Under the pieces are notes generated by a model, which saw only the letters and a list, made by a program, of their open reading frames with translations, made no database searches and was not told the origin of the DNA. The position numbers and the translations under genes are program-made. From contig NC_092675.1 in the NCBI RefSeq assembly GCF_964355755.1, positions 615,812 to 679,811 on the forward strand: a stretch of 64,000 nucleotides of DNA. Reading direction: 5' to 3'. This document shows positions 37,853 to 51,205 of the stretch, piece after piece. Within the stretch, counting starts at the first letter, position 1. Each line of letters begins with the position of its first letter. This DNA is from Antedon mediterranea. Lineage: Eukaryota; Animalia; Echinodermata.

Positions 37853-40539
37853 CAGTCGGAGAGCCGCGTTGGGAAATATGACCGTTATCGCGAAATTTTC
37901 GACTTCGCATGACGTCATTAATTTTAGAAGCCCTCTCTCGGCACAGAGGCATCAACGTTTCGCGCGAAAACATTAGCATAAAGTATACGTCATTTTATAG
38001 CTGTTTAATAAACATTAATAGGCGAAAAATTAACCATATATGGTAAGATCAGTTCCTTATATGTTTAAGATGTCGCAGGTCACCTAATTTTCGGAATAAT
38101 TTGTTGGATTTGTTGTCAGTGACAGTTTCTTTCCAAAGTTCGTGTGCAGCCGTCAAAGCTGAAATTTTCTAACTTTTGTTTGTTTACAAATTTTCCATTA
38201 GTGGGATTTGCATCCCATACAGTGAATTACCAAAAAATCGGCGTATATGGATAGAGTAAGTATCAATAGTCTGTTTTACGTTAAAATTGGCTTGAAACCC
38301 TATTTAAGCTTCTTACAGCGAACATTTTAAAAAAGGTCCTCATTTCACATAATTGTTACGTCTCGCGGCACTATTTCCGTCGTGTGTGGTGCATGGTGTG
38401 TTGATTGGGGTTGTTGCTGGTGTGGGTGTGTGCACGACCTGGTGGATCGTTGTCGTAATATCGGCCTAGAGGCTTAGCCTTAGTAACATGTTGATAATTA
38501 AAATACTTTAGTTACAATTTAGTACTATTAAAGTTTCGTTACAATCCTACTCTATATTGAAGATGCGTTGGGAAGGTTTTAAAAAGATAATTAAGCCAAT
38601 CGCAGCCTGACATATAGTTAAATATCCTCATTATTGGCAACTGATGGGTACAATTTATTTACTGTATTAATAATTATACAATAAATATACAGACACAAGG
38701 AAGTTTTGTGTTTAGTGCTTTTTTATGGTAGGCCTACAGTACTGTCATATTATCTGAATATGTTTTCAGGTTGTGGAATAATTATAATAATTACAGTATT
38801 TAAGAAAATGTTTTCGTCATAGTGACAATTATTTAAATAGTTCTTTACATTTCAGCTATTCATTTTCATTTCAGGTTTTTTGTTGGTATCAAGATTTTCT
38901 ATCTCGTTCTTCAATATGAGGTTGGACGGTGGAAGCTGTAAAGTGGTTTTCTCGATTTCAATATCATTGCTGATAATTTTTCATTTTATTCGCTAATATA
39001 ACATATAAATTTATATTCATTTAAGTTGTAGAAGTGTTTCAGATCAGTAAATTTTTATAAAGATATAAATTAAGTTGCAATTGATTGATTGATTTACTTT
39101 ATTAACCAGAGTCACACAGATGCATACAATATAAACATAAAACAATCATAAAATCAGTAAGTAAAAATGATATCTCAAAAAGTACATATGGTGGCATATT
39201 TTATATTTACAGTATTAGGCCTAGCTAGTTTGTTATGTCTGATGAACAAGGTGCTATTAGAAGGAAGTTTTTATATACAGTAGTTGTATTTACTATTTGT
39301 ATCAGTATTGTTTGAAAGGTTGTATTTTTTCACATTCTGTGTATGTATACATAAAAAGAAAAAATTGATTGCTTGTGTGAAATGTAAGTTGTATTTAATA
39401 AAGTAATAGAATATTTCTGTATAAAAGTGTGACATTTAATGCCAGATATTGATATACTTATAAGTACCAACCAATTAACAATACTCAAGTAAATGATGGG
39501 CTAATAATTATCTTTTTTTAAAACATGACCATATAAAAATACATGGTTGAGTCTCTCAAACAAAAGATGCCTGATTTTATAAATAACGTTCTCCACCATA
39601 TGTATATATAAATTGAAAATTGGTTATTTTTTGGCACTTTGTTTTTCAATTTATTGTTTTTTAACAGTTTTTGTAATTTTTTATGGGCCTAGGTTCTTCT
39701 TCAGGCTTCTTCTTGCTTGGTATATGAGCTGGGATAGACCTACCAGCCTAGATTATGGAATACCCAGATTATGTCTACTTCTACTCCAGCTACTATAGGC
39801 CCTATAATATTCACAAACTACTATCAGAATTACTGCCTAACTAGGCCTAGAAATTAATATTTTTAGGCCTAGCTAGGCTAGAAGTTAAGTAAGTAATTAT
39901 AGTAGCTAGTCTAAGTAGGCCTTTCCTAGCTCAGAAACCAAATAGAACAATAATCGGGCAGCAGATTGAAACCTTAGGCCTGTGACGCAGTACGCCTGTA
40001 TGAACAACCGGATTAAACAGGGACACGATTCGGTCCGGGTCGATTCGTACCAGCTTCGTAAAACGTAAACAAAGTTTCAAAATGGCGGTTTTTCGATCGT
40101 AACTGAACAGAAATGTAGTAGGTTTGGTTTGATTAGTGGGAGTTGCATCCCAAGAAAGCTAAAAATTAGATTTTTATTTTAATAGATAGCTTAATAGTTT
40201 ATCTTGAAAGGATTTTAAATTCGCTTTGAAACCTTATCTAGAAAATATGAAATTTTATGATTTTTTACCATCATTTAAAAAAAAATATAAATAAAAAAGT
40301 TTATACACAAAATAATGATATTTCTCGAAACAAAAAAACTGTGGAATTTAGATCACAGTTTTTATCATTATTTACGCTTGTAGTTCAACTATTGAAATAC
40401 GTTTATTGATTTCATCTAATATCAAAATTATACAATTTTCAAAGTGTACTAAAATAGCAAAAATTCCAACATTTTCCACGAAGCGCGCCCTCACAATGAA
40501 TGAAATCAGTGATGCGTTACCAACGCGGCTTTCCGACTG
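37853..40539. mobile_element. Unclassified 2.7-kb non-autonomous TIR DNA transposon
   Basis: 20-bp TIR CAGTCGGARAGCCGCGTTGG at both ends; TATG on both flanks (37849-52, 40540-43); the same TTAGTGGGAxTTGCATCCCA motif near each end (~38197, ~40133); no transposase ORF. Confidence 0.8.
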
Positions 40540-40831
40540 TATGAACCAACTAATTCTTACGTCATTAACTGCTGTGCTATACTATATGCTGTACTATAAC
40601 GCTCTACTATATTACATATACCAAATGATGTGCTATACTGTTGTTTTATATACTGAACATTTTTAATGTATGTGTACTGTATTGAAATGACTGTAAATGT
40701 TAATTAAATTTTACTAAATCTAAATTTTCGTTAAAGACTAACATTTGGTACCTAAATGAACGTAATTGGTTTTAATCAACATTAGAAACATTTTAAGAAT
40801 CGTTTTGTCAGTTTGCATAATGTATAATTAT

Positions 40832-40988
40832 AGAACATTGCCAGGCCTACAGTCTCTGAACATGCCAGGCCTACAGTCTCTGAACATTGCCAGGCCTACA
40901 GTCTCTGAACATTGCCAGGCCTACAGTCTCTGAACATTGCCAGGCCTACAGTCTCTGAACATTGCCAGGCCTACAGTCTCTGAACATT
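40832..40988. repeat. 25-bp tandem repeat x6
   Basis: Unit GAACATTGCCAGGCCTACAGTCTCT. Confidence 0.95.
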
Positions 40989-42201
40989 ATACACGTATCA
41001 ATAGGCCCTATCTTCTATTATTTTTATATTTAGGTACCGGTATGATCTGACACTTCATTCTAATTAATTAGAGATATTATGATCTCATATTGAAAAAATC
41101 TTTCTAATTTAACAAGCATTGCATTGCTCTTAGTTCATAATCAAAGTGCATAAAATACTCAATAAAATACGAGATGTATCTTCTCCTGAGGATCAACATG
41201 TATTCACGCATTCATGGCTATGCCCTATTAATATTTGTGTATCAAGCGTATACCCTGAAAAATATAAACACGATGCCATTTAACACTCAAAACACTGAAA
41301 TAACGATTCTGGAAGATTCTATCGTAGTGACTCCTCAACGAAGAATTAACCATCTTCTAAATAAATATCAATTCTATAATAGGAAGACACGTAAGCCAAT
41401 CCATATCAAAACTCAACCTGTTTTACCCCATTAGAATAAATCAATCTTATAAACACGAGTAGATATTATTGTAGAATTCATTTAAATAATTCAAAATGAT
41501 GTCAAGACCAGGAACAGGTCGAAAGCAACTTTATACTCAAGAATGCAAATACTAAAATACAGACCATTGGGACAAACGTACAATTCGTTAAGTAAATATT
41601 GTTGGCGCCAAACTCTACGACAACTATTAATTCAAATCAATTAACTTGTAAGCTTAGTTTTAAAAATAATTAACAAGATTATTCATTATGCGGATGCATT
41701 TCAACGCACGTTGTAATTGAGATTTTTTTAATATATATTATGATCATTTGAATATTTATGGCTAAAAACCAAGACTAGCTTACAATATAATACGTAATTC
41801 TTTTCTTTTGTCATGCATAGTCTGAATAATGGTTTTATGTATAATAATTGGCAAATAAATTTGCAGAAATTTAAAATTCAGCATATCCAATAGACGATAT
41901 CCGAATCGTAGATTGTTAGTTCTACTATAAAATACTATTCTGTCTACATGGAGTTGTCGGTGTGTAATGAATTCCTGTTGTTGAAATTACTATATGAGTA
42001 GGATAATTCCCTGAAGAAGATCATCATTGCAGCCTCGTTTGTTAACATAAACCGTAATGCTTTCTGTATTACCCGAACTTGTCTTTTTACAAAAGTCAGA
42101 ACGCTAACGTGATAGGGCTATTCAATGATCCCTTTATACTTTCTTTATATAAGGGGAACAATCAATCCATTTATTTCTCAAACAAACCAAATTTGAGTTA
42201 A

Positions 42202-42321
42202 ATATGTATTGTCCTTCTGAAAAAGTAATTCTTAACAATTTTTTTTTAATATGCCATTTTAATTTAACATAATAGATCCAAAAATGATAATCTTCATTGT
42301 ACGTGGGGGGACAATACATCT
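42202..42321. mobile_element. Short Kolobok-like MITE
   Basis: TTAA|ATATGTATTGTCC ... GGACAATACATCT|TGAA inverted ends; similar to 6789-6960. Confidence 0.5.
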
Positions 42322-42475
42322 TGAAGCTAAAACCAAGAAGTGAAAACTTGTGAAGTAATATAATAAACCATAAACTATAAAGAGGATCAAACAAGTGGGA
42401 AGTATTTTATCCTAATATAATTTGATAAGACAAAAATAAGCATTATTTTAAAAATAAAAGAAAATGATAATGCAC

Positions 42476-42566
42476 TCAACATTAGCCGTTTAATCTACCT
42501 ATTTCAACATTAGCCGTTTATAATCTACCTATTTCAACATTAGCCGTTTATAATCTACCTATTTCT
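42476..42566. repeat. ~30-bp tandem repeat x3
   Basis: Unit TCAACATTAGCCGTTTATAATCTACCTATT. Confidence 0.9.
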
Positions 42567-42754
42567 AATCAAATGTTAATCAGTTTGGCTTTAGATCGCT
42601 TTATACAAAAGCCTCAATGCGCTCAACAATAAAAATAAAATGTAAGAAAAAATACAAGTTAGAAAGGCTGCCTTAAAACTAACAACTTAAACGTTGCCAG
42701 ACGGATATATAAAGGCAAACAAAAAGTTCAAGAAAAATAGAACCAGATCTAAAA

Positions 42755-42968
42755 CTTTGTAAAATAAAACCATAGACCTAACGCTTTGTAAAATAAAACC
42801 ATAGACCTAACGCTTTGTAAAATAAAATCATAGACCTAAAGTTTGTAAAATAAAACCATAGACCTAACGCTTTGTAATATAAAACCATAGACCTTAGGGC
42901 TTTGTAAAATAAAACCATAGACCTAAAGCTTTGTAAAATAAAACCATAGACCTAAAGCTTTGTACCAT
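42755..42968. repeat. 29-bp tandem repeat x7
   Basis: Unit TTTGTAAAATAAAACCATAGACCTAACGC. Confidence 0.95.
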
Positions 42969-43988
42969 AAAAAGTATCGGTTAGTTTTGGATTTTTCAGC
43001 AACATTTAAATTATGTGATTATTGACCTTTACCTGGTGTTTCTATACGTTAGGTCTTTCAATATTAGTAAAGCCATGCTAGTAGATACATGCAAGTCCCC
43101 AATAACCTAATGCATACAGAACTACATATTCTAACCTTATGTGTAATAAACAATTATACGAAGTAACATTTATTTCTTGCATAATTTGAACATGCGTTGA
43201 AATCGATTTCTTTTACAGAAATACCACGACAAATGGACACAGGTGACACACTATAGTAGACAGTCAGATTTTGAGGATACCCTAGAGAAAGCATCGTGCT
43301 GAAAACAGGGCCTCTCTTAGCACTTCTTGAATACATCAATATTGTCACTACATAATGTCATCCATGTCTCCACTTCTATTAAATCGTTTCCGCATTTTCA
43401 ATTATAAATTCATTTCACGATAGGTTCCGTATTGACTGACTTCTCTTTCATGATGAATCCCCTTTCGAGAGCGTAAATCACACGATAATGGGATGAAAAT
43501 ATATCTCATAAATCAAAATGACACCTCATATACACATGTATGATATTATATATGGAAACTCACGTCCGTCCCTGTTGCATGCAACAAGGGGAATGGGGAT
43601 GGATCAGAGAGGAAGTTGACACATACGTGTATTTTGATGGATATGCATGACGCCGCAACGGTTAGACCACAGGCGACTGCTTCTCTTAATGAAATGTTGT
43701 CCATTTCATTATTTCAATTTAATTCAGAAAGCAAAGCTTATAGATACTTTATATAGTTATTTTACAGGTGTATTCACATCACTAAAATTGCAAGTGGATA
43801 TCGAATTAGTTCTAGCTGTACTTCTGTATTTATCCTGTTGCTATTAATGGCATTATCTACTTATTGTTTTAAAACGAAGAAATACAAGATAGCACTCTAC
43901 GTTCACTTTATTGGTTTTATCATGGAGGAATTTAACACGGAGGAATTATTAAAATTTATCTAAATAATTTTCTGGTGGAATCGGGTTT

Positions 43989-44100
43989 AACAAGGCCATA
44001 TACATGGCTGCACTCGCGTGCTCAAGTTAGTGTTTACCGACCGACCGACCGACCAACCGACCGACCGACCGACATAGTGAGCTGTAGAGTCGGGTTGCAA
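43989..44100 (-). mobile_element. HINE/DINE-1-like non-autonomous Helentron element, copy 1 (5' end eroded)
   Basis: Near-identical reverse complement of 47145-47255, with (CCGA)n core and GCCATATACATGGC hairpin. Confidence 0.8.
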
Positions 44101-44613
44101 GTGTAAACGCTTGAAGTAGGCCCTGGGTTCAAATCTCGGAAGTTATTTATCTATAATACAATTTAACACTTGAATAACTTGAAGCAGAAAGTTTCATCAA
44201 GTGATAAATCGATCTACTTTATTCCATTAATAATATACTGGTGTTTATCTATGTCATTTTGAAATTATTAAAACTATTAAGATGGAATTAGATTGCTTAA
44301 AGTTTTCACGTCACTTAATGGTGTTAATGTCTTTTAACAGATGGATTACGTTCAATAAAACTATTATACAGTACTAACTGCAATATTTTTTTGTTTTCCC
44401 GAATCTCCTATTCTCAATTCTACTGTACACGAATGTTTGAGTTAATTTTGTCATACGCGATAAAAACTTCGCTTATAAATTTTAGAATTGTTAGTATATT
44501 TAGTCATCTAAAGCATATATTATGAAAAAGAAGGCGTGAATATTTAGTGCATGATTTGTTACCATGGTTTTAACTACAAATGTTATTTAAAAACGTGTAG
44601 CTTAGCAACCCAA

Positions 44614-44763
44614 AGCTCTGTCTACAATATTAAACGTTATGTGACAAAAAAACGTGATGTGCCCATATATGGATACGATGACGTCATATCACTACCATAT
44701 TTGGGCACATCACACTTTTTTGCCAATTAGTTTGATAGTGTAGACGTACGTGTAGACAGAGCT
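44614..44763. mobile_element. PIF/Harbinger-like MITE family A (~150 bp)
   Basis: TIR AGCTCTGTCTACAC.../...GTGTAGACAGAGCT; internal GTGATGTGCCCA inverted repeats; six related copies in the window. Confidence 0.85.
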
Positions 44764-45608
44764 TTAGACCTAATGCACCTAAATAATAAGTACGGTACTC
44801 ACTGATAATGCGTCGTTGCTAGGCTACTCACTGATAATGCGTCGTTGCTGTGATACAAATATTATGATTCCAATAACAGCAGCATATAAGTTCCAATTAT
44901 GAGAGAAGCTACCCAAAGTATTCCTTTAAACATACGTTGTTCGTTAAGCACAACGAGATGGGCAGAAATGCAAAGTATACTCCAAGCTTGCCTTCTTCGG
45001 ACACAACTAATGCTGCAGTAGTATTGTCAATATGGCTGGAGTACTCTTCTCATGATTCTTAAAGTAATTCCAAGGTTGTCATCCACCTATTGACAGATAA
45101 ACAATGTTCAAGTGTTTAATCAGTACAAAAATGACGACTGTCCTAACCATAGCCTACCTTCTATAATAGTCTCTATCTTTCTCCACCTAATATACGATGA
45201 CACAAGCCATTTCTTAAAAACTGTTAGAGTCTTACTATACAAGGAATATGATACCATCCTATTTATTATATATATAATATACAATCAGTGCCAACATTAT
45301 TCATTATATAGAAACTGAAATCGAAACAGAACCCCGGTCATCGTATTGATGAAATGCAAATATAAGCAATACTCCCGCACACCAGTATTGATTTTTGTAA
45401 TAAATGAACAACTAACATATGTCTTTGGACAGGTTTGTAATAGCTTCAGTTGATTAGTTATTTACGACGAGATACCTCAGTACAACCAGGTACCTAATTT
45501 ATTGATAATAAACCGATTATAATTAATAAAAGGTGATTTTCTTGAGCGCAGTTTGTATGGATCGTCAGCGTTGTTGTTGATTGTAATAATATGTAATATA
45601 TATCCCTA

Positions 45609-45741
45609 AGCTCTGCCTACACTATCAAAACATTATGTTAAAAAAATGTGATGTGTCCATACATGGACATGACGATGTAATATCACTACCATATTTTGAC
45701 ATATCACTACCATATTTGAGTTCGATAGTGTAGACAGAGCT
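45609..45741. mobile_element. MITE family A copy
   Basis: AGCTCTGCCTACACTATC...GATAGTGTAGACAGAGCT. Confidence 0.85.
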
Positions 45742-45828
45742 TTGAAATAAAAATTTTTATAATTATTCAGTATAGTTGTCTGGGGCAGCAGATCAAGAAT
45801 TTTACGCGATCAAGATTTACGTGATAAA

Positions 45829-46592
45829 TTGTACGTGCCTTCCTCCGTTTTACTATTAATTTATAAATCACTCTTTTTGCCACATTTAATTTATGGTATA
45901 ACCGTTTGGGGTTTTACTTCAAAAATTAATTTAAACCGTATTTATATTTTGCAAAAAAGAGCTTTAAGATCAGTTTATAATGTTCATTACCTCCACCATT
46001 CTGCTCCTCTTTTTGTCTTATCTAATACACTTAATATTTACGACTTACTTACAAAAAATGTTGCTTTATTTATGTTTAAATTCAAACATAATCAACTGCC
46101 CAGAATTTTTGATACTTATTTTCAAACTTTTAGTTCAGTTCATAATTATAATACCAGAAATAAATTTGATTATGCTTATGATTGTTTTAATACGGAGGTT
46201 GGCAAGCATGATATAACTTTTCAAGGACCAAAAATTTGGAATTCTTTACCAGATGAAATTAAAATTATTAATTTTATATCTTCATCTAAGTTCAAACTAC
46301 ATGAATACCTTGTTTCTACTATTATTGTTTAAGTTGATCATATATCTGTCTTAAGTCAAATAATAACTGCATTTGTTAAGTTAAATGTCTTTTTATGTTC
46401 ATTATCATATATTATATATATTTCTTACCTTACCTTATTTTTAATTATGTTGCCAGGACCCCACATTTTAAAGCTTAAGCTTCCAGTGGGGTACCCCTTT
46501 TTCTCATTTATTATCTATTATTTTTAGAAAATGTTAACTGTATTTTGTTTTTATTTGAGAAATAAAAATTATTGATTGATTGATTGATTGAT
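45829..46592 (+). mobile_element. 5'-truncated Crack/Daphne (L2-group) LINE 3' fragment with (ATTG)n tail
   Basis: ORF IYKSLFLPHLIYGITVWG...LQKRALR...SAPLF...HNYNTR...GPKIWNSLP is the conserved post-RT region of CR1/L2-group ORF2; 3'UTR, AATAAA and microsatellite tail follow. Confidence 0.9.
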
Positions 46593-47144
46593 AAAAAAGT
46601 ATTGTGCGCGGCGGAAACATGGTAAATTTATACTTCAAGATAATTTTGAATGTATTATACCAAAAATAAGGGTATGAAATGGGCCTATAAACATTTATAA
46701 TGCAGTACATTCGATATCATTAAAGTAAAATGATATACTGCTGGAAGTACATATATTGTTGTTTTTAATTTCCTTTGGATCATGAACGCATTAGGATTAC
46801 TACACAGCAGCTGCCAAAACACGTTATTATCATAGTTGATTTTAGTTCATGTTTTTACAGAGGATTTATACTTATTTATCTTGTCTATCGTTTCATCATT
46901 GCCTTCTGTTAGATAATGTATGTTACCTAAGCGTCTGTTAGATGGCAGTATATTGACGATCATTTATCATCTTTATCTTATGTAATTTATAATAGTTTTC
47001 TTATTTCTTTTTTTTATAAAGGATAATATGGGCCGAAAATTGTAAAAAGGAGGTGCGGTTCTCCTGTAAAATAAGAAAAAGTGTGAAGTGTTTTTTAAAA
47101 TGGAGTTACCAATAAAAGAAAAACGTAATAGGTAACCATGCCTA

Positions 47145-47255
47145 TTTTCAGTCGCGTGCAACGCGACTCTACAGCTCACTATGTCGGTCGGTCGGTCGGT
47201 CGGTCGGTAAACACTAACTTGAGCACGCGAATGCAGCCATGTATATGGCCTTGTT
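47145..47255 (+). mobile_element. HINE/DINE-1-like element, copy 2 (complete)
   Basis: T-run, 5' palindrome AGTCGCGTG-CA-ACGCGACT, (GTCG)n microsatellite, subterminal CACGCGA, 3' hairpin GCCATGTATATGGC, then TTGTT. Confidence 0.85.
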
Positions 47256-48945
47256 CGATACCGTGCCTATAACCCTATTAATTAAGTCTTATTCGGTTTG
47301 TTTATAAAGAGCTTACTTGAGGATCATAGGCATCGACGTTACCGGGCATACTTGAAATACTCACAATTTAAAACATTAGGGAATTGGAAAAATATGCAAC
47401 AGTGTTTACTTGATAACTAATCAACACGTTTTTGACGAACGTTGTTTCTGCAGACTTTTTGATTTATTTTTGACAACGTCAATCATGACATAACATACGA
47501 AAGGCTGGTTCCGATAGCAATAATATCTCATTGGTAGATATGGTATAAACAACATTGTTTCTAATTTGCAACCAATACATCTATTTTGCCATGATGAAAA
47601 CGACTTTAGTGCCGCAATTAGTAAAAATTTGGCAAAAGTCAGAAGGTTCCTGGCAAGACTATTATGGGATGGGAATGAAACGTGTGTGAGGATGGATATT
47701 AAATAAAGAAAGGAGATAGAAAGTGAACTTACATTGTATCTTGTTTGTGCGTAAATAAGGCATATTTATATACGGCAATAGAAGTTCATACAACAACGAT
47801 TGGCTGTTATATAAATGCTTAAAATTCGCCGATCCTCCGGTACTACTGTAGCAATGTACAATGGCTATCCAACCTACTACATTTCAACCGTTATGCATTT
47901 GTAATTAATCACGCATAACGAAGAGTAACTAGTGCAACAACAACAATTGATTGATTGGTTGAAACGTAGAAACGAATCACCGTAATAACTGACGTAGTGA
48001 CGTAACGTATAGCTTTACAAACTTCCGTAAATTATTTACACTGTGTCGCACAAGGAAAGAGTGAAATTAAACGTTTTTCCCTTGTCGCATTAAGAAGGAT
48101 TTGAACAAAACAAAATAATAACTGATTACGTATACAAACGAAAGTGAAATACGCTAAGAATGATAAAAGACCACTTACCAAGCTAAATATTAACATATCC
48201 AGGTGATACTAAGGTGCAACATGTGTCATCTGTCAGATCAATCACTGTGTACGTCAGTTTGAGTGTTAATATCACCCTCATAATAATTCCACTTATAGAT
48301 TATTAGATAATGACATAAAATTCCATTGTGAATTCGAATCGAATTATGCTTCTATGTATAGCAGGCCTGATATAGAGTTACACGTGACATATGTTTCAAA
48401 AAGCGATTGCATAACTCATATTAAATATTTACAAAAAGGTCAAAAGCCACAATATATGTAATAATTTAAAATGTAGGTTGTGGTATGATTCCAAATGGAA
48501 GGGTATCTGGTATACTGCGTTGATATGATTACACTATTATCTAAGACACATCTATATCATACTGTTTTAAGAGATCAAACTGTACCGGTTGTATTCAAGT
48601 TGATATCGACTCCTACACGAATCGTTTACTGGACAGCGGCGGTACTCATATGTGAATTAAGAAACGGATCCGATGTCTCGAAAATATATGTCACTTCAAA
48701 TCGTTGTGACGTAATGTATATAGTTATATTAACAGTGTCAATATTTTTTTTCTCTTTCAAAATATTCACGTGACGCATAATTTACAGTAATTACTTATTT
48801 TCTTGGTCGGTTTAACAAATGCAAAAATGGAATTTCTTTATTATTACGTATGCGTATGTCATTTATGGACGTAACGCAAGGATGTAAAGCACCGTAAAGA
48901 TTGCTTCTCACTAGGATGAAACGCAAGGACGTAAGCGCAATGTAA

Positions 48946-49107
48946 AGCTTGGTTCCCACTGGAGACAAAACGCAAGTACGTAAAGCAACGCAACCGTGTT
49001 GACCAATTACAATCGAAAGTGCGGATAATCCATAGCTTGTGATTGGTCAACTCGCTTACGTTGCGTTTACGTCCTTGCGTTGCGTTTTAGTAGGAAGGAA
49101 TCAAGCT
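48946..49107. mobile_element. MITE family B copy with TAA TSD, flanked by extra partial left ends
   Basis: TAA|AGCTTGGTTCCCACT...TCAAGCT|TAA; partial copies at ~48865-48940 and 49111. Confidence 0.85.
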
Positions 49108-50488
49108 TAAAGCTTGGTTCATACGCCACGTAATGATAATAATAATAAGTATTATATATTATATAATAGTATAGGCTTAATAATACGTCTGATAACAATA
49201 GGTTTTAATAAACACCATCGTTACATTTGCATTGCGTCTATGACCCAATGCTATTTTAATCTGCAAACGCATTTACGACGTTCCAACAGATGCATCAGTA
49301 TGGCGCGCACTAAAAATAAATTGCTCATAATTTGTAATCAAACATGACGATGTATTTTTTTTCTAGCAAAAGCAGCAATATGTATAAATATAGGCTCAGT
49401 GCAATTTGTTTACCATTCATTAATATTTTAAATGAGAAAAGTTGCGATAGGGAAACAGCTGTTGTAGATGCATCTATGTTGACACGTATATGTAAGTACG
49501 AATTAAATTAGTATTTAAATATATTTATATATATATTACGTAAGTATATTAGGTGTTGATCATCGTCATAATATTGACATTTGAAATTTGAAATAAAAGG
49601 CAAGAGTAAGGCAGGATCCCATGAAGATACTGAATTAGGAATGTTAGTCCACCAGTCGACGATTTTGGCTTAAAATTCAAGTAGTATACGTATGAAACGC
49701 CATATGTGCCAAAATATTTATCGTTTTTTAACTAATATTAAGTCAAAACTCCGTCTGGAACCCAGAATAGAAGCTGATGTTCATAATGTTCGTCTTCCGT
49801 CCATTCTATTTTTTTTTCTGGTGCTCTTTATTTTTTTATATTAATCAAGTTAATAGACAGATATACTACTGTATATGATTATGGAGCTCGATTATCGATG
49901 GATGGCCTTCGAAATGTGTTGTGTTGAAACTGATTTTTCTTATGGCAATCGTTAACCTGTTATAAAGCAAAATGAATGTTAACAACGAAGGCTTCTTACC
50001 GTCTTATTTAATTTCGTTGATTAGGTCCAGCTAGAAAAAACTATACGGTTAAACATAATATCAATAAAACAAAAACGATATCTTTTATGAAAAAGAACAG
50101 TTCTTGGAAATGTAAAACGATTTATCTTGCCGAAAATGTAATATGTCGAAATGTTACCCGTGGCAATGTACATATCCGATAGCATTCGTCTGTGATATCA
50201 TTAAGAAATATATATTTTTTGCCGCAAAGTTATTTCAGCTAACTACGGTGCATAAGCGTTGTAATTCAATCAAATATTCCAATATATTTTCAATAAAGGT
50301 TAAAATAAGGTATTGAATTGATAACATTAATCAATACTCTGTAAAAAGTCACGTGACGTATAACGCAATTATGTATTTTCAATCGATTTCTGAATAGTCA
50401 ATGGCTTTCCACCCATAAGTGAGTAGATTGAATGACGTGTAATCACAATGACAGAATTCAGGGAAAGAATAATGATTTAGCAGTATCA

Positions 50489-50618
50489 AGCCTTGTCTAC
50501 ACTAGCAAACTTTATGTGACAAAAAAATGTGATGTGCCTATATGGACACTATGATGTCATATCACTACCATATTTGGGAAAATCACTCCCATATTTGGGT
50601 ACGGTAGTGTAGACAGAA
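50489..50618. mobile_element. MITE family A copy
   Basis: TGTCTACACTAGCAAACTTTATGTGACAAAAAAATGTGATGTGCC...GTAGTGTAGACAGA. Confidence 0.8.
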
Positions 50619-51139
50619 GTGATTTACAGGAAATGTATTTATAGAAGGCGAAGACATAATGTAAGAATGAAAAAAAAAATCGCCTTAACTGCGATTCGAA
50701 TTCAACTGGGGCTTTCATGGTATGGTTCAAATGTTCGATTGGACACGCAGTAGTTGTCGAGTGTACAGCAGAGATCTAATAGATATACGTCCACTTGCTT
50801 CTAAAAAAACTTTAACCGAACCGATCCAATATGGTGATTAACACGAACAAGTAGTTCTATCGAGGTTTTTTTCGAGATGGAAGAGATAGTACAAAGCTAA
50901 GGCGTCTCCGTATGTTTTATTTGTTGAGAATAACATAGGTAGGTCTACACAGCATCAATCACTATCATAATAATTTGTTTATGTATCAAAATAACTGTAA
51001 TTGAAATTAAAGTAATTAATTAAAGTAATTAATTAAAGTAATTAAAGTAATTAAATGAAACCGTATAAACAATATGAAGATCTTGTTAATTCTGCGACAA
51101 TACTTGTAGACCTGCAGGCAGTTAAAATATTCATGATCA

Positions 51140-51205
51140 TTCGGTGAGACTCGAACCAATGACCTCTCATTTACACGGCGATTTGTTTGCAGACCTCGCT
51201 AAACT
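51140..51205 (-). mobile_element. tRNA-derived SINE head or tRNA pseudogene
   Basis: Minus strand TAGCGAGG (A-box-like)...GTGTAAA...GGTTCGAGTCTC (B box); the cloverleaf is not intact. A similar B box GGTTCAAATC follows GTGTAAA at 44101-44139. Confidence 0.4.

Noticed and set aside
43205-43302. Good + strand acceptor followed by KYHDKWTQVTHYSRQSDFEDTLEKASC*
   Set aside because: No recognisable homology and no partner exon.
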